From an uncultured delta proteobacterium (lineage in GTDB: Bacteria > Desulfobacterota > Binatia > Binatales > Binataceae): a stretch of 64,000 nucleotides of DNA. The stretch spans positions 1,376,001-1,440,000 of the forward strand of contig CAWCDG010000004.1 in assembly GCA_963794325.1 (NCBI GenBank), read 5' to 3'. A model generated the notes under the pieces. It searched no databases. It was not told the origin of the DNA and was given only the letters and a program-made list of their open reading frames with translations. The translations under genes and the position numbers were made by a program. Below are positions 48,628-56,828 of the stretch, piece after piece (positions within the stretch are counted from its first letter, which is position 1; each line of letters starts with the position of its first letter).

Positions 48628-50460
48628 GTGGAAAAACTCTCGACAGCCCCGCTAATTGCAGAGCACGAGCAGGATGAACGCCCGAGCGGCCTGAGTTCCG
48701 CGGGACCGGTTGTCGCGATAATCCTCGCGACGGTGGTGCTCTCTTACGCCAAAGAAATTTTGATGCCGTTGACGATGGCTGCCCTGCTGGCGGTCATCTT
48801 CAGTCCGATTGCCACGCGGCTCGATCGTTTTGTGGGGAGCTTCGTCAGCGCCGCGCTGGTGGTGGTGACTACGGTTACGATTGTTGCTGGGATTGGATAT
48901 TTCGTAACGGTCGAGCTTACCTCGGTCGCCGTGCAGGTCACCGACTATACCGACAATATCGCCACCAAGCTGACCGCATTGAAGGGTAGTACGCCCGAGT
49001 GGATGCTGCGGGTGCAGGACGGGATCAAAGACGTCGAGCAGCAGATCAACGAAATGACGCCGCGAGCGAACCGCGCGAAACCGGCCAAAGTGGTTCAGGT
49101 ACCGGCGGTTCAGTCAGACCTTGAGCAGGCGGTGAAGCCGGCCGTCCCAATATTGTCGGGACTGTTTGAAGGGCTGCTGATCGTAGTGCTGATGTTCTTT
49201 CTGCTGTATGGCAGAAATGACTTGCGCGATCGGCTGGTGCGGCTTGCGGCACGCGGCCGGATTACGCTTTCGGCCGAGGCGATTGGGACTGCGGGCGAAG
49301 CGGTGGGTCATTACCTGTTGCTATTCGCTCTGACTAATCTCGGATACGGAGTAGCTATCGGACTGACTATCTGGGCGATTGGGTTGCCGAACCCGATTCT
49401 GTGGGGAGCGCTGGCGGCGCTCTTTCGTTTCGTGCCCTACGTTGGGGTTCCGATTGCCGCTCTACTCCCGATGTGTGTGGCCTTCGCGGTTTTCCCCGGA
49501 TGGAGCAAGTCGGTCGAGGTGTTCGCCGCATTTGTCATTTTCGATCAAATAGTGAGCTACCTGGTCGAGCCTTTCCTGATCGGCCGCGGAGTTGGATTGT
49601 CGCCGCTGGGCCTGTTGTTCTCCGCGATGTTCTGGGGATGGCTGTGGGGGCTTCCGGGACTGCTGCTCGCCACCTCATTGACCGCATGCCTTAAGGTCGC
49701 TGGAGACTATATTCCGGCACTCGGCTTTTTCGCCGTGCTGTTTGGAGATGATAGCGCCCGCGAGGACTATCACGACTACTACCGCAGCCTGCTCGAGCTC
49801 GATCAGACGAGTGCGCGCACTATCGCGGTCAGGTACTGCGACAAAAATGGGCTCGAGCCGACCTTCGACGACGTACTGGTCCCGGCGGTCGTTCTGGCCG
49901 GCGAGGAGCGCTTCGAAAATCATATCAGCGAGGAGAATCAGAAGCTGATTTTCGACACGACTGTCGCGCTGGTGAAGGAACTTGGCGATCGGTTCAACAA
50001 ACCCCGGTACAGAGGCCGGCTCCGAATCGTGGGTATCGTGCCGCCCGGCGAGGTTCACAGCCTGGGGCTGCTGATGCTGCTGGAACTGCTCCGGCGGACG
50101 GGAATCGCGGCAAATTTTTTCGGCATGGATAAATCGCCGGCAGAAATTTGCGCCTTTGTGAATCAATACGGACCTGACATGGTTTTTGTTTCCTGCACCA
50201 CGACAGAATGTATGCCCGCCGCGGTCGAACTGGTGCGCGTGCTGGTCGCGCAGTCGCCGCACCTGACCATCATCGGCGGCGGAGCGGCCGCGCTGGTGCA
50301 TCGCGCGGAACTGCTCGAGGCTGGCGCCACGGAAATCTGCGGCAGCAGGGGCGAAGTACGACACGCGGTACGACTGTACGCACTCAGACGCTCGGTTTCG
50401 CGGTCATCGCAGATCGGTGTCGCCCGCCCTGGAGTCGGCGCTCAGACTACAAATAGCTAG
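48628..50460 (+). CDS. AI-2E family transporter with C-terminal cobalamin-binding-like domain
   Basis: LRDRL.RL, YL....L.N...G, GLPN..LWG.LA...RFVPYVG, EP.L.G..VGLSP, FWGWLWG..GLLLA; C-terminus PPGEVHSLG...SCT...IIGGG. Confidence 0.88.
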   Translation: MEKLSTAPLIAEHEQDERPSGLSSAGPVVAIILATVVLSYAKEILMPLTMAALLAVIFSPIATRLDRFVGSFVSAALVVVTTVTIVAGIGYFVTVELTSVAVQVTDYTDNIATKLTALKGSTPEWMLRVQDGIKDVEQQINEMTPRANRAKPAKVVQVPAVQSDLEQAVKPAVPILSGLFEGLLIVVLMFFLLYGRNDLRDRLVRLAARGRITLSAEAIGTAGEAVGHYLLLFALTNLGYGVAIGLTIWAIGLPNPILWGALAALFRFVPYVGVPIAALLPMCVAFAVFPGWSKSVEVFAAFVIFDQIVSYLVEPFLIGRGVGLSPLGLLFSAMFWGWLWGLPGLLLATSLTACLKVAGDYIPALGFFAVLFGDDSAREDYHDYYRSLLELDQTSARTIAVRYCDKNGLEPTFDDVLVPAVVLAGEERFENHISEENQKLIFDTTVALVKELGDRFNKPRYRGRLRIVGIVPPGEVHSLGLLMLLELLRRTGIAANFFGMDKSPAEICAFVNQYGPDMVFVSCTTTECMPAAVELVRVLVAQSPHLTIIGGGAAALVHRAELLEAGATEICGSRGEVRHAVRLYALRRSVSRSSQIGVARPGVGAQTTNS

Positions 50461-50591
50461 TTGTTTCAGTATTAAGGCTTTTTCAGTATTAAGGCCGCGC
50501 TCCGTTGTCGCGCGCGGACTGAGAGAGCAATCGCGCGCTCTCGAGGGAATGGCGACCGGATTTAGGTCGGGAGGTTTAGGTCATTAACGGA

Positions 50592-50630
50592 AACCTAACC
50601 CCTAACCCCTTCCCGAGCGGGAAGGGGAAC
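50592..50630. repeat. 39-bp REP-like element, copy 3
   Basis: identical to 22824-22862 and 46582-46620. Confidence 0.9.
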
Positions 50631-50814
50631 AAGATTAGGAGGAGAACCCTTCCCCTGGAACGGGAACCGGAATGGATAGTCGATAAATGACTAATGGATT
50701 GAGTATGTATATTGTGCCTCCGATTAGTATTTGTATTGTTCCTCCAAGCACCTTAACTAGTACTCACATAGTAAATCTAGTCGCATTCTGAAATTAGGGT
50801 GATTACTATCTACT

Positions 50815-50907
50815 TGTCGGAATCGATATACGGTTCGAGTCCGACTCTGATCCAGCCCGACAGTGGTCTTTCCGCTCGCCTTTGACCACGGTTCGCTAGA
50901 CCATCGT
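50815..50907 (+). ncRNA. candidate structured cis-regulatory leader RNA, copy 2
   Basis: homologous to 47815-47906; preceded by TACTAT (50804-09) at the same spacing as the -10 box of copy 1. Confidence 0.6.
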
Positions 50908-50975
50908 CAAATCGACATTACCAAGGCTCGAGGAGGTCCACGCGAGACGTCACAGTCTCACGGAATTTTCCGCCC

Positions 50976-52250
50976 ATGAAGATAAACTTGAAAAATAAAT
51001 TGAGGAAGACGATTGCCCTGTCGGGCGCGATCGTGGCGTTTTCGATCGCGGCGCCGTCGTTCGCGCAATACGATAACGGCCCCGGCCCTGGCTATGACAG
51101 TCCCGGCTACGGCAGCCCAGACTACAACAGCGCGGGCTACAACGACGAAGGCTACAACAACCCAGGCTACCAAGGCGCCGGCTACTACGGCCCGGGATAT
51201 TACGGTGGACCCGGACAAGAGGGATGGGGCGCCTACGATAGTGGTCGCACCTGGCGAGGCGCGCGATGGTGGCATCGGCACGACATCATGTGGTTCTACC
51301 GGCATCATCCGGAATGGGCCGTGATGGACGCGTTGTGGCAAAACCAGGATGGCGACTACGACAATGACAACGTCTGGCACGACGCCTACTGGTGGCATCA
51401 GAACAACCCGGATTACTTCTACGCCAATCATCCAAACTGGATTTCATGGGATCCGAGCTGGCGTAACTCGGACGGCGCGTACGACGGGCAGCACAACTGG
51501 CATTATGGCCAGTGGTGGTACAACCAGAATCCCAACTGGGTTTCCGCCAATCATCCCAACTGGCTCAGCGAGCATCGCAACTGGGCGAGTCATACTGAAG
51601 TGCAAGACCATCGGGCCGTGATGCGGACCGAGAACGAGGGTAATGAGCGCTCTCGCCAGCAGGCGGCAGTTCAGCAGAACCGCGTGAATGAAGGCGCGGC
51701 AATTAATCAGCGCAATGAGGCGACTCGTAACGAGCAGGCCTCACGTGAGCAGCAGAACCAGCAAAATCGCGCGAATGAGAGGGCGGCGACCAATCAGCGC
51801 AACGAGCAGACTCGTGTGAATGATCGGGCGGCGACCAATCAGCGCAATGAGCAGACGCGCATGAATGAGCGAGCCGCAACCAATCAGCGCAACGACGCGA
51901 ATCGCAACGAGCAGGCGTCGCGTGAGCAGCGGCAAAATCAGGCTACGCGGAACGAGCAGCAAGCTAATCGCAACCAGCAGCAGGCGACCCACAATCAGGA
52001 GCGCGCTGCGCAGAACGAGCAGCGGGCGACTCGCAACGAGCAGCAGGCGACGCATCAGCAGCAGGAACGTCCGCAGCAGGCGCAGCGTCAGCAGCAGGAG
52101 CGTCCGCAGCAAGCGCAGCATCAGCAGCAGGAACGTCCGCAGCAGGCTCAGCATCAGGAGCACCAGGCCTCGCATCAGCAGCAGTCGTCGAACCATCAGG
52201 GCGGTGGACATCAGGGCGGCGAGGGCGCAGTCCGCGAAGCAAAGAAATAG
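50976..52250 (+). CDS. secreted repeat protein (Gly/Tyr repeats, 3x 41-aa Trp/His repeats, Gln/Arg/Asn-rich tail)
   Basis: signal peptide ..APSFA-Q; repeats start at 51225, 51348 and 51471. Confidence 0.8.
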   Translation: MKINLKNKLRKTIALSGAIVAFSIAAPSFAQYDNGPGPGYDSPGYGSPDYNSAGYNDEGYNNPGYQGAGYYGPGYYGGPGQEGWGAYDSGRTWRGARWWHRHDIMWFYRHHPEWAVMDALWQNQDGDYDNDNVWHDAYWWHQNNPDYFYANHPNWISWDPSWRNSDGAYDGQHNWHYGQWWYNQNPNWVSANHPNWLSEHRNWASHTEVQDHRAVMRTENEGNERSRQQAAVQQNRVNEGAAINQRNEATRNEQASREQQNQQNRANERAATNQRNEQTRVNDRAATNQRNEQTRMNERAATNQRNDANRNEQASREQRQNQATRNEQQANRNQQQATHNQERAAQNEQRATRNEQQATHQQQERPQQAQRQQQERPQQAQHQQQERPQQAQHQEHQASHQQQSSNHQGGGHQGGEGAVREAKK

Positions 52251-52256
52251 TTGAAG

Positions 52257-52288
52257 GCGCGATACGCCCTAAACAGGGCGTATCGCGC
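52257..52288 (+). terminator. perfect 14-bp stem-loop after 50976-52250 (terminator or stability hairpin; no U-tract)
   Basis: GCGCGATACGCCCT-AAAC-AGGGCGTATCGCGC. Confidence 0.55.
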
Positions 52289-52340
52289 AGTACTCACGAA
52301 ACGAAACTAACAAGCAGGAATCTGAGGGAGAACCAAACAA

Positions 52341-52631
52341 ATGAATTCAATCCAACGAATTGCTATCAGTGTCGTAGGCGTTGCGGCCTTGGCTTGGGTT
52401 GCCGGATGCGGCACCAGCACCAAGGAAGTCGATTCCACCACTTATGTTCCCGCCGCCGCGCCGGCTCAGGTCGTCGTGCAGGCTCCGCCGGTAGTAGTCA
52501 CACCTCCGACTACCACCACCAGCACCTCGAGCGACCGGTCGAGCAATTCAACTGACTCAGGCAGCGCAGGCACAGTGGATAGCTCGAGTTCCCATCACAG
52601 CGAATCCACCAGCGTGACTCCAAGCAACTAA
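52341..52631 (+). CDS. small Ser/Thr-rich lipoprotein
   Basis: GGGAG RBS, lipobox VAGC, low-complexity tail. Confidence 0.7.
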   Translation: MNSIQRIAISVVGVAALAWVAGCGTSTKEVDSTTYVPAAAPAQVVVQAPPVVVTPPTTTTSTSSDRSSNSTDSGSAGTVDSSSSHHSESTSVTPSN

Positions 52632-52655
52632 TCCGCAGCTCGGGAGAATTGCGTG

Positions 52656-53057
52656 ATGCGAAACAAAGCCAATCGAAAAGTAAGAGTCGTGCGAGCACTC
52701 GCGATCGCTCTGGTGATCGGCACCGGACTGCTTGCCTCCAATGCGCGCTCCGAGCCGGCTACTACCGACTCTTCGAACTCTGTGTCCCACGAGAACGACA
52801 GCGTGAACGTCAAGTCGGAGCATCGATACAATTCGCCGGCTGAACGCGCGAACGACGCCCTGCTGATCACCGAGGTCAAGAGCGCGCTTGCCCATGACGG
52901 AGTCAGCGACGGTTATCCGGTTGCTGTCGATTGCGATCACGGCAAGATCCTGTTGAGCGGTGTAGTCAAGTCGGCCCGGGACGCAAAGCATGCCGGCGAT
53001 ATTGCGGCAGCGGCAGAAGGCGTCACCGGGGTGAACGATCAATTAACGTGGCATTAG
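52656..53057 (+). CDS. BON (OsmY-like) domain protein
   Basis: signal peptide; NDALLITEVKSAL......VAVD...G.I.LSG.V.S.....A..IA....GV.GV.DQL. Confidence 0.85.
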   Translation: MRNKANRKVRVVRALAIALVIGTGLLASNARSEPATTDSSNSVSHENDSVNVKSEHRYNSPAERANDALLITEVKSALAHDGVSDGYPVAVDCDHGKILLSGVVKSARDAKHAGDIAAAAEGVTGVNDQLTWH

Positions 53058-53093
53058 CAGGGCGCCAACCTAGCCAGGGAGCCAACGAAACCG

Positions 53094-53246
53094 ATGTTAT
53101 TGATTCTGATCATACTACTGATTCTATTCGCCGGCGGCGGCGGTTACCGAACCTATCATCACGGCTCCAGAGATCCGGGCGGCTTGCTGATGCTGATACT
53201 CATGGTCGTGTTGATTGTATGGCTAATCAACGGCGGGCTGGTCTGA
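53094..53246 (+). CDS. small membrane protein, DUF3309-like (50 aa; not in ORF track)
   Basis: MLLILIILLILFAGGGGYRTYHHGSRDPGGLLMLILMVVLIVWLINGGLV. Confidence 0.7.
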   Translation: MLLILIILLILFAGGGGYRTYHHGSRDPGGLLMLILMVVLIVWLINGGLV

Positions 53247-53272
53247 CAGATGAAAGTAGATAGGAGAACACC

Positions 53273-53422
53273 ATGTTACTATTAATCATTGTCATAGTTT
53301 TGTTGTTCGGCGGCGGCGGCGGCTACTACGGCTATACCAACTATGGCGCCACCGGAGGCTTAGTGCCTCTGCTGCTCGTGGTGTTAGTGGTCTGGCTGCT
53401 AATCGGTCGCGGCGGTATTTGA
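53273..53422 (+). CDS. small membrane protein, DUF3309-like (49 aa; not in ORF track)
   Basis: AGGAG RBS; MLLLIIVIVLLFGGGGGYYGYTNYGATGGLVPLLLVVLVVWLLIGRGGI. Confidence 0.78.
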   Translation: MLLLIIVIVLLFGGGGGYYGYTNYGATGGLVPLLLVVLVVWLLIGRGGI

Positions 53423-53547
53423 CGATTGTCGGGCATCAGGTAGACGCCGGCGTTGCTCGGTGCCCGCCATCTTTTTCCGCGTTCAATTGTTCAACTGAGT
53501 AAACAAACAGCCGTACATCGTAACTCGCGAGCTCTGAGGTAATTGAG

Positions 53548-53787
53548 ATGACATTGGAAGATACCGCAAATTCTACCGTCCGCAACGCAATGGATCAGGG
53601 CCGCCAAGCGGCAGACAAAGCCAGCCAGGCAATGAAAGACGGCTACGATGCGGCGCAGCAATACGTCAAGGATAAGGGATTTGAGATGGACCTGCGCGAG
53701 CTCGTGCGTCGCGAGCCGTGGTTCGCAATCGCAGCCGCGTTTGCGGTGGGCTACGTCGTTGCGCAGATCGTTCGGCGCGTCTCCTGA
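53548..53787 (+). CDS. ElaB/YqjD/DUF883-like tail-anchored protein
   Basis: charged helix, then VRREPWFAIAAAFAVGYVVA..RR. Confidence 0.75.
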   Translation: MTLEDTANSTVRNAMDQGRQAADKASQAMKDGYDAAQQYVKDKGFEMDLRELVRREPWFAIAAAFAVGYVVAQIVRRVS

Positions 53788-53801
53788 GCGGGTCGCAGGC
53801 G

Positions 53802-54143
53802 GTGAATAACTCAGCAGATGCCACCTTGGCCGATAACTATGAGCGGCGGCGCCGGCGCGATCGGAACATCGGCGAATATGTAAGAGAAGAACCGTTGACC
53901 TCGCTGGCCATAGCCGGTGGCGTCGGATTCATTCTCGGCGGAGGCGCCAACAGCCGCATCGGGCTCGCACTCATATCTATAGCAGCGCGAATCGCGATGC
54001 GCGGAGCCGCCACCACCTTCATCATGGGCCTGGTCACCGGTAATCACGACAGCCAAAGAGCGGCTCACTCAACAACCCGCGGCGGAAGCTATCGCAATGG
54101 ACACTATGACAACGCAAGAACAGATCACCGCGATTCAGACTGA
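53802..54143 (+). CDS. DUF883-like membrane-anchored hypothetical protein
   Basis: YVREEPLTSLAIAGGVGFILGGG. Confidence 0.6.
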   Translation: MNNSADATLADNYERRRRRDRNIGEYVREEPLTSLAIAGGVGFILGGGANSRIGLALISIAARIAMRGAATTFIMGLVTGNHDSQRAAHSTTRGGSYRNGHYDNARTDHRDSD

Positions 54144-54390
54144 GCGCGACGACGCGCGGCAAAACCTGCGCGACACGTTGACCGAGGTCAACGACAAAGT
54201 TGAACGCACCGAAGACGGGATGCGTCCCGACCACGTCATCGAGAGTCATCCGGTCGGAGCCTCGCTGATCGCTGGAGCGTTAGGCTTTCTGTTCGGATCG
54301 ATCGTGACCAGCCGCGGCGCCGGTCCGATCGTGATCGCAGCATTGCTCGGCGTCGCTCTCTCAAAACACGGCTCAAACGACGAGAGTTGA
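54097..54390 (+). CDS. DUF3618/DUF883-like protein
   Basis: I..ERDDARQNL.DTL.E...K....RP...IESHPVGASLIAGALGFL. Confidence 0.6.
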   Translation: MDTMTTQEQITAIQTERDDARQNLRDTLTEVNDKVERTEDGMRPDHVIESHPVGASLIAGALGFLFGSIVTSRGAGPIVIAALLGVALSKHGSNDES

Positions 54391-54407
54391 AGCCGCAGGC
54401 TGATCGC

Positions 54408-54758
54408 ATGACAGAAAAACAGCCGCATCACGCTAACGGTTCGCCGGAGACCTTGCAGGATTGGCCGACGCTGATGGGCCGGGCAGTGGACGACGTCACG
54501 CGCATCCTGCAGTCCGAGGCTCACATGCTGGAGACCAGCATGAGCGCGGCGCTAGCTGCGCGACTAGCCGATGCAACCGCCAAACTCACTGTACTAGCAG
54601 TGATGCTTTGCGGCGGAGTATGCATGCTGTGCGCCGGAATACTGCTGATCCATGAATGGCTGCCGCTATGGCAGGCCTTCGGACTCTCGGGCGCAATTAT
54701 CCTGATAATCGGCGTCGCGATTTACGCAATCGGGAGACCTGCCGGCGACACTGCCTGA
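54408..54758 (+). CDS. holin-like / YqjE-like two-TM membrane protein
   Basis: L..AVDDVTRILQSEA helix, two TM segments, LPLWQAF. Confidence 0.6.
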   Translation: MTEKQPHHANGSPETLQDWPTLMGRAVDDVTRILQSEAHMLETSMSAALAARLADATAKLTVLAVMLCGGVCMLCAGILLIHEWLPLWQAFGLSGAIILIIGVAIYAIGRPAGDTA

Positions 54759-54838
54759 AAGGTCTCGCGCGCGATTGCAACTCCCACTGGGCTCGCCGGT
54801 CCTTATGACGGCGGGCCTCTTCATGTTAATCACGATCG

Positions 54839-56203
54839 ATGATCGCGGCGGTTCAAAACTTCGTGAGTCAGGCCGGTCCCTGGTCGCTGATCGTAGTCTT
54901 TGTCGCGATCATGCTCGAGTCGTCGGCGGGTTTGGGTTTGATCTTTCCCGGCGAGGCGATGGCGGTGGTTGCGGGCGCGATGGCGTCCGACGGGTTCTTT
55001 TCGCCGTGGACTGCATTCGCAGTGGTCGCGTCGGGCGCAGTGATTGGCGACCTGACCGGCTATACGATCGGTCATACCAAAGGACAGGCCGTGCTGAACC
55101 GGTTTCCGATCGTGCGACGGCAGTATGAAAAGCATCGCGAGCGTCTCAAGTACTACTTCGAGCATTTCGGCGGCGCGACGGTATTTCTCGGACGTTTCGT
55201 CGCGGTGGGGCGCGCTTTCGTGCCCTTCACCGCGGGCCTGTCCGGGATGCGAATCCGAAAATTCGTGCCGACGTCGGTACTGGCGGGATCGGTGTGGTCA
55301 TCGGTTACGGTAGGCCTCGGCTATACGCTGGGTTCCAACTGGAGCCTCATCGAGAAGTGGCTGAAGTCGCTGAGCGCCGGAATCGTCGTGCTCGCGGTAC
55401 TGACCGGTTTGATGGTCGCGGCGTGGCGGTCGGTCTCCCGCCGACAGACTCAGATCGCGGCCGCATGGAACCGGTACCTTACCGAGCGCTACGGCTTCGA
55501 TCTGACGCCGTTCGTGGATTTCGTCCGCACGCGGTTCTCGCCGCGCAGCTACCTTGGACTCCATCTGACGGTTGGGGTGATCGCGGTGACGGCGCTGGCG
55601 TGGCTGTTCGGCGGCATCGTCGACATTATCTCTGACCAGGGACCGCTTGGCGGGCTGGACCGGAGCGTCGCGCTATTCGTCGCCGCCCAGCGGACTTCGG
55701 CGCTGGATTCGGCGGTAAGTGTGATCGCGATGCTCGCCAATCCGATCTGGCTGCTGCTTATCGTTGGGGTTGGAGCGATTAGCTATGCGCGTCGGCGCGA
55801 GGCAGGCCTGTCTATCATGGCGTTGCTGTTTCTTGCTGGTGCATACGGACTCGCCTTCGGCTTGCAGGTGATATTTGCGAAGCACGCGGCTCATCAACCC
55901 GAGCTGGTGCTGGTTAACGGATTCGCGGGCTTTCCCAGCGCCGCGCTAACCGCGTCGACGGCGGGCTACGGGATGCTCGCCTACCTGCTCGCGGCCGAGA
56001 CACAAAGCTGGCGGCTCCAAACGCTCAGCGTCGCGGCGGCGGTCTATATTATCGCGCTGATCGGTTTCGCGGGGATCTACTCGGGAGTTGCGCTGAGCGC
56101 GATCATCGGGGGATTTGCGTTGGGCGGATGCTGGCTGGCGATCTGCGTGACCGGAAGCCGAACCTATAGCCGATTGCGCAGCACGAGCATCAAAGCCGCC
56201 TGA
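54839..56203 (+). CDS. DedA family protein fused to a degenerate PAP2-like domain
   Basis: LESS..LG..FPGE, GA..GD..GY..G, F.GRF...GRAFVPF.AG.SGM; C-terminal FPSA where PAP2 has FPSGH. Confidence 0.85.
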   Translation: MIAAVQNFVSQAGPWSLIVVFVAIMLESSAGLGLIFPGEAMAVVAGAMASDGFFSPWTAFAVVASGAVIGDLTGYTIGHTKGQAVLNRFPIVRRQYEKHRERLKYYFEHFGGATVFLGRFVAVGRAFVPFTAGLSGMRIRKFVPTSVLAGSVWSSVTVGLGYTLGSNWSLIEKWLKSLSAGIVVLAVLTGLMVAAWRSVSRRQTQIAAAWNRYLTERYGFDLTPFVDFVRTRFSPRSYLGLHLTVGVIAVTALAWLFGGIVDIISDQGPLGGLDRSVALFVAAQRTSALDSAVSVIAMLANPIWLLLIVGVGAISYARRREAGLSIMALLFLAGAYGLAFGLQVIFAKHAAHQPELVLVNGFAGFPSAALTASTAGYGMLAYLLAAETQSWRLQTLSVAAAVYIIALIGFAGIYSGVALSAIIGGFALGGCWLAICVTGSRTYSRLRSTSIKAA

Positions 56204-56499
56204 CGATCTGGTCCGTATAGCACCAATTCGAATAGCCACTTTTTTGTCATCGCTATCCTTGAGTGGCAATACTTTGACATCTCATTCTGTAGTGTCGGAT
56301 CGACTTACTATTATCTTCCGTTTGCTCTGAAGGCGATCGTGAGCTTCTGACTAGTACGCTCGATCTTCTGAGCGGTTATTCGCGTAACCGAAGTCGAAAA
56401 TTTTTCCAAGGTACGAATCTTGCCTTTACCGTTATTGGCGGAGTCGCTCCGAGCGCGGAAGTTGTTCTTCTGCGCGGCCTCGTTTCGTCAAAGGGGAAT

Positions 56500-56811
56500 T
56501 TGAAGCAAGTGAACATGCAAAGGGAGGGAGGCATCCGGACTGAGTCGAGCTCACCGATGCCGGGCAGTTTCAGTCGGTCGCGACGGTTCGCGTCAACTCG
56601 GAGTTTAGATCCCGATTTGCAATTCGACAGCTACCTGCTGGCGATGTGCAGTCTCATGTTCATGGTCGTGCTGGTGGTCGGCGCGGCCGGATACGCCAGT
56701 ATGCAGGGCATTTTGTCGCCGGCCACGAGAACTGCGAAGGCTGCGCGCCTCGATCAATTCAGTCAATACACAACGCCGCGAAACACTTCGAGCTTCGTCA
56801 TACGCAAGTAG
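56500..56811 (+). CDS. hypothetical single-TM protein
   Basis: one hydrophobic segment; start uncertain. Confidence 0.35.
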   Translation: MKQVNMQREGGIRTESSSPMPGSFSRSRRFASTRSLDPDLQFDSYLLAMCSLMFMVVLVVGAAGYASMQGILSPATRTAKAARLDQFSQYTTPRNTSSFVIRK

Positions 56812-56828
56812 ACAAGGAAATGATTGCC

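Noticed and set aside
51741-52242. Leu-rich and Ala/Pro-rich minus-strand ORFs
   Set aside because: Antisense shadows of the Gln-rich repeat gene.
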